Assembly: GCA_039816075.1 (NCBI GenBank)
Contig: JBCBYE010000001.1
Span: forward strand, 1 to 44,603
From: Pseudomonadota bacterium
GTDB lineage: Bacteria; Pseudomonadota; Alphaproteobacteria; Rhodobacterales; Rhodobacteraceae
DNA: 44,603 nt
Direction: 5' to 3'
The position numbers and the translations under genes are program-made. This document shows, in pieces, positions 38,402 to 44,603 of the stretch; within the stretch, counting starts at the first letter, position 1; each line of letters starts with the position of its first letter. A model generated the notes under the pieces. That model searched no databases and was not told the origin of the DNA. It was given only the letters and a program-made list of their open reading frames with translations.

Positions 38402-39192
38402 GGGTCCCATCGCGCAATCACGGTCGACGGGTAGGCCGTGCGCGGCGTCGCGCGGTGATCTTCCTCGAAGAAGCGCCGCTGGTTCGCGATCCGCCTCCAG
38501 AGCAGCCGCAAAAGCTGAAAGCCCATGCGCCCCAGCTTGGCGTTGGAGATCTGGTCTTCTTCACGCCATGTGAGCGGAAAAAACTTCAAAGAGGCGTTCC
38601 GGGCGGCAACAGCCAATATCAGATAGTAGTTGAAGGTGAGATCATCAGAAAATTTACGGTGAAACCCGTCGTTGAATGCTGATACCCTGAACATGTTCAA
38701 ACCTGATCCAAGGTCGTAAAGGCGCTTTTTTGATATTGCAGAAAAAATGACGTTGAACACTCTGTTCGCCATCGTCCTGACAAAAGAATATCCTTTCAGC
38801 TTCGACCCCTTCATGAAACGGGCGCCCATCAAGAAGTCAAACTTTTCATGATCGCCCGCTTCGATCCGCGGCAGCAGGTCTTCGATCGATCCCTGGTCGT
38901 CGCCATGCAGGACGACGAGATGGTCGAAGCCTGCATCGCGGGCGAAGTCTATCGCCACCTTGTGAGACCCGCCCAATCCGTAATTGTCATCGTTCCTGAG
39001 AAGCGCTCGGACGGGAATCCGCACCGATGGAAGGGACGCGCGCGCCGCATCGCGCGTGGCATCCGTCGAGCCGTTGTCGATGCATATGATGCCGTCGAAG
39101 AAACGCGCGATATCCGCATCTTCGAAACTTCGAAGAACCCGGACGATCTGCGTTTCACAGTTATACATCGGAATGAAAACCAATATCGACAT
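38398..39192 (-). CDS. GT2, polyprenol-phosphate glycosyltransferase-like (GtrB/DPM1-like)
   Basis: FIPMYN, IDNGSTDAT, NYGLGG, LHGDDQ, GARF, YDLGSG. Confidence 0.85.
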   Translation of the reverse strand: MSILVFIPMYNCETQIVRVLRSFEDADIARFFDGIICIDNGSTDATRDAARASLPSVRIPVRALLRNDDNYGLGGSHKVAIDFARDAGFDHLVVLHGDDQGSIEDLLPRIEAGDHEKFDFLMGARFMKGSKLKGYSFVRTMANRVFNVIFSAISKKRLYDLGSGLNMFRVSAFNDGFHRKFSDDLTFNYYLILAVAARNASLKFFPLTWREEDQISNAKLGRMGFQLLRLLWRRIANQRRFFEEDHRATPRTAYPSTVIARWDP

Positions 39193-39200
39193 TCTGAACC

Positions 39201-39668
39201 TTACCTCGCCTCATTTCGAGTCTTGGGCGGCATCGCCGCCAAACCTTTCATGAAGAAAAAATTGGCGATGAGGCTGATCGGCGCGATCAGAAGCTTCGCG
39301 ACGGCGACCGCCATGGATCTCACCTCCGCCGCCGCGATGTCGAGCAGGTCGGCGACCGCGGAAAACACGGCGACCCGTCCTTCGGTCATCATGCGGGAGA
39401 GGAACGCAACCGCTGCTGCGGCGACCAGAATGGAAAACACCTGCCAGATCAGATATTTTAAATAATTACCTGCATATTTTGCGTACTGACTGTCGCTGAA
39501 TATAAAATACGACATGAAGTATACGAATGTCACGCCTGTCAACGATCCCATCCAGCTTGCGGCGAAGAAACCTGCGCCCAGATAGGCCGCAGCGGCCGAA
39601 GCCGATACATCCAGAAGCAAGCCCAGCCCCGATATGGCGGCGAACCTTATGAATTTTTCGGACACCAT
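39201..39668 (-). CDS. GtrA-family small flippase
   Basis: KFIRFAAISGLGLLLD, four TMs, AKLL....ANFF. Confidence 0.8.
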   Translation of the reverse strand: MVSEKFIRFAAISGLGLLLDVSASAAAAYLGAGFFAASWMGSLTGVTFVYFMSYFIFSDSQYAKYAGNYLKYLIWQVFSILVAAAAVAFLSRMMTEGRVAVFSAVADLLDIAAAEVRSMAVAVAKLLIAPISLIANFFFMKGLAAMPPKTRNEAR

Positions 39669-39835
39669 TCTATATCTTCACGAAATGACATCCGACATCC
39701 GCCGGGTCGTCCCGCGGCGTTCGATACGTTCGGCGTCGAGCGTGCGGCTTGCCATGACGCATTCCACCATTCTGCATAGTGAGACTCGCTGGCCGGCACC
39801 CTGCGCTTTCCCATACGCCATCAAGGATGTTTTTG

Positions 39836-39850
39836 TGAACTTGCGCTGAA
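39836..39850. promoter_or_regulatory. CtrA-like box in the divergent gtrA / exosortase promoter
   Basis: TGAA-CTTGCGC-TGAA. Confidence 0.4.
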
Positions 39851-40034
39851 AGAACCCCGCCTGCGACACCGCTTTCTTCGCCTTGCGCGTCCGTTGCGAC
39901 ACGTTCGGCAGGCAGGCATGGCCGCCGCGGAGGGCGCGGCGGGACATAGCTTCGTGAACGGGCCGGATGGCGCTTGATCGGCGGTTCCGGCTTGCAGTAT
40001 TCGTTCAGCATAGATTCTTGGGGGAAGCTTTCCG

Positions 40035-41630
40035 ATGACACAGCGCACGATGCCTATGCCCTTCGCCGCCGGCCTCGCCGGGCTCGGCTGGGGGCCCGCG
40101 CTGCTGATCGCGGCGGCGCTCGCCGCGGTCGGGCTGTTCCATGACGGCGCCGCGGCGCTGCTCGCCGCCTGGGCGACGCCGGAATACACCCATGGGCCCG
40201 TCATCCCGCTGCTCTCGGCCTATCTCTTCGCCCATCAGCTCAAGGCCTGGCCGCCGCGGCCCGGGCCCGTGGCGGATCGCTGGCCGGGGGTCGCGGTCGT
40301 CGGGCTGTCGCTGCTCTTCGCCGTCGCGGGCACCTGGACGGGCGTGCCGGACATCATCGCCTACGGGCTGATCGTCTGGATCGCCGGCGTGATCCTGATC
40401 AGCTTCGGCTGGGAGCGGGGGCGCCATTTCTGGCCCGCCGTGGTGCATCTGGTGTTCATGCTGCCCCTGCCGGGCTTCATCCACTACCACGTGACGTCCG
40501 AGCTGCAGCTGTTCAGCTCCTGGGTGGGGGTCGAGATGATCCGCATGGCCGGGGTGCCGGTGCTGCTTGACGGCAACATCATCGATCTGGGCGCGTTCAA
40601 GCTGGCCGTGGCGGAGGCGTGCTCGGGCCTGCGCTATCTCTTCCCGATCATGTCCTTCTCCTACGTCTTCGCCACGCTCTACAAGGGGCCGAACTGGCAG
40701 AAGGCGGTGCTGCTGCTGTCCGCGGCGCCGATCACCGTGGCCATGAACACCGTGCGCATCGCCATCATCGGCGTGATGGTGGACCGCTTCGGGATCTCCC
40801 ACGCGGAGGGGCTGAGCCACTTCCTCGAAGGCTGGGTGATCTTTCTGACCTGCGTGATCCTGCTGTTCCTTCTGGCCTGGGCGATGCTGAAGCTGCAGCG
40901 TTCGCCCATGAGCCTGGCCGAGGCGATGGACATGGACCTGTCGGGCCTGGGCCCGCAGGCGGCGCGCCTGAAGCTGGTGCGGCCCTCGGGCGCGCTGGCG
41001 GCGGGCACGGTCGCGACGGCGGTCGCCGCGCTGTTCCTGGCAGCGGCGCCGGAGCGGGCGGTGATCAAGCCCGAGCGCGAGCCCCTGGCCCTGTTCCCGC
41101 GGGTGATCGACGACTGGCGCGGCGGGCTGCCGGAGATCCTGGAGCCGGCGGTGCAGCGGTCGCTGGGCGCCTACGACTACCTGCTGACCGACTTCGCGTC
41201 GGCCGAGGAGGCGGCGTCGGTGAACCTGCTGGTGGTCTATTACGAGGACCAGAAGGACGGCACGTTCCATTCGCCCGAGGTCTGCATTCCGGCGGGCGGC
41301 TGGGAGATCGCCAAGATCGAGACCGTGGACATGGCCGGGACCCTGGGCCTGGAGGGCGCGTTCACGGTCAACCGGGCGGTGATTCAGAAAGGCGTAAGCC
41401 GTCAGCTGGTGTACTTCTGGTTCGACGCGTCCGGGGTGCGGACGGCGTCGGGCATGGAGGCCAAGGCGTGGATGACCTGGCAGCGCATGACGATCGGCCG
41501 TCCCGACGGCGCGCTGGTGCGCCTGGTGACGCCGATCCTGCCGGACGAGGGCGAGGCCGGCGCCGAGGCGCGCCTGCAGCGCAAGCTGGCCGGCGTGGCG
41601 GGGGTTCTGCCGCGGTTCGTGCCGGAGTGA
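40035..41630 (+). CDS. xrtD: Exosortase D (VPLPA-CTERM-specific) with C-terminal EpsI domain
   Basis: PEYTHG, DGNIIDLG, VAEACSGLRY (catalytic Cys), N.VR, HFLEGW; EpsI motifs HSPEVC and RPDGALVR; VPLPA-CTERM genes nearby. Confidence 0.93.
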   Translation: MTQRTMPMPFAAGLAGLGWGPALLIAAALAAVGLFHDGAAALLAAWATPEYTHGPVIPLLSAYLFAHQLKAWPPRPGPVADRWPGVAVVGLSLLFAVAGTWTGVPDIIAYGLIVWIAGVILISFGWERGRHFWPAVVHLVFMLPLPGFIHYHVTSELQLFSSWVGVEMIRMAGVPVLLDGNIIDLGAFKLAVAEACSGLRYLFPIMSFSYVFATLYKGPNWQKAVLLLSAAPITVAMNTVRIAIIGVMVDRFGISHAEGLSHFLEGWVIFLTCVILLFLLAWAMLKLQRSPMSLAEAMDMDLSGLGPQAARLKLVRPSGALAAGTVATAVAALFLAAAPERAVIKPEREPLALFPRVIDDWRGGLPEILEPAVQRSLGAYDYLLTDFASAEEAASVNLLVVYYEDQKDGTFHSPEVCIPAGGWEIAKIETVDMAGTLGLEGAFTVNRAVIQKGVSRQLVYFWFDASGVRTASGMEAKAWMTWQRMTIGRPDGALVRLVTPILPDEGEAGAEARLQRKLAGVAGVLPRFVPE

Positions 41631-41922
41631 GGGGGCGGGGCGGCTGAGCCGTCCGACGCGCCCAAGGCGGCCCCTTGATCTTCGGAGCGGCGCGGGCGTG
41701 CCGCTGAAACCGCTCCGACGATCTGCGCGCGGCCGCTGAAAATCGTCGCGCAGGTTTTGCAGGCGCTGCAATCCAAGTCCTCCGACCGGTCCGCACCGAG
41801 CCGCCTTGACGACAAGAGGCGGCCCGGATGCGCGTCGAGGCCAAACGATGCATCCGAACGCGGCGATGCGGCGGACGAAGCGGCTTGATCTGGATCCGCG
41901 GTCGAGCGGTGCGACGCCCGGC

Positions 41923-43719
41923 CTAGGCCGCCTTGCCCTGCACCATGCGCTGGAAGACGTCGCTGCGCTCCAGCAGCTCGGCATAGGTTCCGCGGGCCGA
42001 GACCTGGCCGTTCTCCAGCACGAAGATCTCGTCGCAGCCTTCCACGGTGGTGAGCCGGTGGGCGATCATGATCACCGTCTTGTCGCCGCCGAGGCGGTTG
42101 ACCGCCTCCATCACCGCGCGCTCGGTGACGTTGTCGAGGGCGGAAGTCGCCTCGTCGAAGACCAGCACGTCGGGATCGCGGTAGAGCGCCCGGGCGATGC
42201 CGATGCGCTGGCGCTGGCCGCCGGACAGGCGCACGCCGCGGTCGCCCACATAGGTGTCGTAGCCGTCGGGCAGCTCCTCGGCGACGAAGCGGTGAAGCTC
42301 GGCCATGCGGGCGGCGCGCTCGACCGCCTTCATGTCGATCTCGTCCTTGGGCAGGCCGAAGGCGATGTTGGCGGCGACGCTGTCGTCGGCGAGGAAGATC
42401 TGCTGCGGCACGTAGCCGATGGAGCGGCGCCAGGCGCTGCGCTCCTCCTCGGTGAGGATCGGGCGGCCATCGACGACGAGGGCGCCCTGCTGCGGCTCCA
42501 GCAGGCCCATGAGGACGTCGATGGCGGTGGTCTTGCCGGCGCCGGTGCCGCCGACGATGCCGATGGAGGCGCGGGCGGGGATCTCGAGGCTTAGGCCGTT
42601 CAGGGCGGGGCGCTCGGCGGCCGGATAGCCATAGACGACGGCGTCGAGGGCGAGGCGGGACTGCAGGCCCAGGGGCGGGCCAGGCGGAAGCGGAGCGGGC
42701 GGAGCCGAGGTCACGTCGGCATGGAGCGCTTCGAGGGCGGGGCGGCCGAAGCGCATCTCGGCGAGGGCGCGGTAGACCTCCTGCAGGGCCGGGGCGAGGC
42801 GCGAGCCGGCGAGCGCGTAGACGCCGGCGATGGGGAGAATGCTGCCGAGCGCGCCGTCGTTGAGGACGGCGAGCGCCAGCACCACCGCCATCATGCCGCC
42901 GAAGGCCAGCGCCTCGAGCAGATGCTTGGGAACCTGGCTGATGACGGCGTTCATGGCGCTGGCCTCCGCCACCCGCAGGGCCGGATCGGCGAAGCGGCGC
43001 GACATGCCGTCTTCGAGGCCCAGCACCTTGACCTCCTTGATGCCGCCGAGACCTTCCTGCGCGGTCTGGTAACGATCCCGATCAGCCCTCGCTCGGGCGC
43101 CGCCGAGTTCGGCCAGCGCGCGGCGCACGCCCAGGAAGACGAGCGCGTAACCTCCGCCGAGAACCAGAGCCGACAGCAGCGCGATGACCGGATCGATCAC
43201 GATCAAAAGCGCGACGAGGAAGAGGACTAAGACGCCGTTGGATAGCGCACCCAGCAGGGGCGTGAGCACGGTATTCACCGTCTGCGCCACCTCATTAAGC
43301 ACGTTCTTGGACAGATCGGCGCTGTGGCGGTTCAGGAACCAGGCATAGGGTTGAGCCAGGTAGCCGTCGAAGACCTTCCGCGCCAGCGAGGCGTGGCGCA
43401 TCTGGGCGAAGCGCAAAAGGGCGTAGGTGGCGCCGGCCTTGAAAGCCAGTCCGCCCACATAGGCGATCACGGCGAAGACGCCCAGAAGGAGCAGGAATCC
43501 GAGCGGGGTCTCGGATCCGCTCAGCCCGTAGGCCCAGGAAAGCCAGGCGTTGCGCTCGACGATGCCGGGGTCGGAGAGGACCGCCAGGAACGGCATCACC
43601 GACGCGACGCCGAGCATGTTCACCAGGCCCATCAGCACCAGCAGGACCATCAGCAGCCAGAAGCGGCGGCGCTCGCGGGCGTCCAGCAGGTCCATCAGCT
43701 TGCGGTAGGCGTCCAGCAT
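41923..43719 (-). CDS. ABC exporter (TMD+NBD), PglK/WlaB-like glycan flippase
   Basis: TM domain; Walker A GGTGAGKT, YVPQ, LSGGQRQRIGIARA, VFDEATSALD, IAHR; no adjacent membrane-fusion protein. Confidence 0.85.
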   Translation of the reverse strand: MLDAYRKLMDLLDARERRRFWLLMVLLVLMGLVNMLGVASVMPFLAVLSDPGIVERNAWLSWAYGLSGSETPLGFLLLLGVFAVIAYVGGLAFKAGATYALLRFAQMRHASLARKVFDGYLAQPYAWFLNRHSADLSKNVLNEVAQTVNTVLTPLLGALSNGVLVLFLVALLIVIDPVIALLSALVLGGGYALVFLGVRRALAELGGARARADRDRYQTAQEGLGGIKEVKVLGLEDGMSRRFADPALRVAEASAMNAVISQVPKHLLEALAFGGMMAVVLALAVLNDGALGSILPIAGVYALAGSRLAPALQEVYRALAEMRFGRPALEALHADVTSAPPAPLPPGPPLGLQSRLALDAVVYGYPAAERPALNGLSLEIPARASIGIVGGTGAGKTTAIDVLMGLLEPQQGALVVDGRPILTEEERSAWRRSIGYVPQQIFLADDSVAANIAFGLPKDEIDMKAVERAARMAELHRFVAEELPDGYDTYVGDRGVRLSGGQRQRIGIARALYRDPDVLVFDEATSALDNVTERAVMEAVNRLGGDKTVIMIAHRLTTVEGCDEIFVLENGQVSARGTYAELLERSDVFQRMVQGKAA

Positions 43720-43837
43720 CACGGGCGTTCCTGCGCAGGGCCGCGGTGCGGCGGCGTCGCGTCTGGGTCTAGGCCCGAGGCGTAAAGGTCGGATTGCCGG
43801 GCCGCATCGCCGCGGGCCGGCGCCGACGTGGAGCCGG

Positions 43838-44419
43838 TCATGCGCGGTCCGCCCGGGCGGCGGCGTCCGGCAGCTCGACCAGGGCGGGCGAGGGGGCGGC
43901 GATGTCCGTCGCGCGCGGGGCGGCGATCACCGCATGCTCGGGCGCGTCGCGGGTCAGCACTGCATTGGCGCCGATCATGGCGTGAGCCCCGACCTCGACC
44001 GGGCCCAGGACCCTTGCGCCGGCGCCGATGTCCACGTGGCCGCCGATCCTCGGCGCGCCCTGGCGGTTGCGGGTCGTGCCGATCGTGACCTGCTGGAAGA
44101 TCAGGCAGTTGGGGCCGATCTCCGCCGCGGGGTGGATCACCACGCCGTTGGGGTGGGGGAGGAGGAGGCCTCCGCCGATGCGGGCGTTGGTGGGGATGTC
44201 GGCCTGGGTCACCACGCTCCAGAACCGGTGCTGCAGCGTCCACCAGCGGCGCATCAGCGGGGCCCAGGGGCGCGGCGAGGCGTTCCACGCCTGCCAGCGG
44301 CGGATGCTGCGCAGCAGGCGGCGCGACGGGTCCCACCCGCGGCGGGGAACCTCCCGCGACCAGTCGGGCACGGTCGCGGAGATCTGCGGGGCCCCGCCCT
44401 CAGTCGCTGCCGTAGCCAT
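43838..44419 (-). CDS. Hexapeptide-repeat O-acetyltransferase (CysE/WcaB-like)
   Basis: IGGGLLLPHPNGVVIHP..IGPNC.IFQQVTIG, PRIGGHVDIGAGARVLG, IGANAV. Confidence 0.9.
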   Translation of the reverse strand: MATAATEGGAPQISATVPDWSREVPRRGWDPSRRLLRSIRRWQAWNASPRPWAPLMRRWWTLQHRFWSVVTQADIPTNARIGGGLLLPHPNGVVIHPAAEIGPNCLIFQQVTIGTTRNRQGAPRIGGHVDIGAGARVLGPVEVGAHAMIGANAVLTRDAPEHAVIAAPRATDIAAPSPALVELPDAAARADRA

Positions 44420-44603
44420 AGCCGTAGTAGCGCCTGGGCATGAAGGCGCTCTTGTTCAGGACCACGCCGAGATCCGACGTCAGGGAGGTCAGCTGGCGGG
44501 CGCAGAGGTCGATTTCGGCGAGGGGGGTCTCGCCGGCGGCGGCGACCAGGAGGCCGCCGTCCACATGCTCCAGAAACGCCGAGGCGTCGTCGGAGGCCAG
44601 CAG
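44400..44603 (-). CDS. Second copy of the CpsD/CapB tyrosine kinase, 3' end only (runs off the window)
   Basis: 203/204 nt identical to 301..504. Confidence 0.9.
   Translation of the reverse strand: MLASDDASAFLEHVDGGLLVAAAGETPLAEIDLCARQLTSLTSDLGVVLNKSAFMPRRYYGYGYGSD

Noticed and set aside
41923-43719. Type I secretion ATPase for the RTX protein
   Set aside because: No HlyD/TolC partner nearby and no C39-like domain; context points to a glycan flippase

Overview
High-GC alphaproteobacterial (most likely Rhodobacterales) plasmid/chromid segment devoted to the cell surface. A central backbone (FitA/VapC toxin-antitoxin pair, serine resolvase, iteron-bearing origin, RepA-type initiator, ParA, ParB) is flanked by a Wzc/Wzy-type exopolysaccharide cluster: tyrosine kinase, chain-length determinant, TPR lipoprotein, several glycosyltransferases, sulfotransferase, methyltransferase, acetyltransferase, priming transferase and a PglK-like ABC flippase. 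Also present are a large frameshifted RTX protein with glycoside-hydrolase-like and lectin-like domains, exosortase D with three VPLPA-CTERM substrates, and a seven-gene GtrA/GtrB/GT-C operon with a kinase-HAD phosphatase-nucleotidyltransferase trio. Most notable: (1) two exosortase substrates carry the three motifs of Cys-Gln thioester (TED) covalent adhesins, a domain characterised in Gram-positive bacteria; (2) eight in-frame parS-like palindromes are translated as a ParA C-terminal extension; (3) a CtrA-like T(T/G)AA-N7-T(T/G)AA motif recurs in most surface-gene promoter regions; (4) both window ends lie in near-identical paralogous repeats that flank the replicon. All calls rest on motif recognition by eye; no database searches were run.
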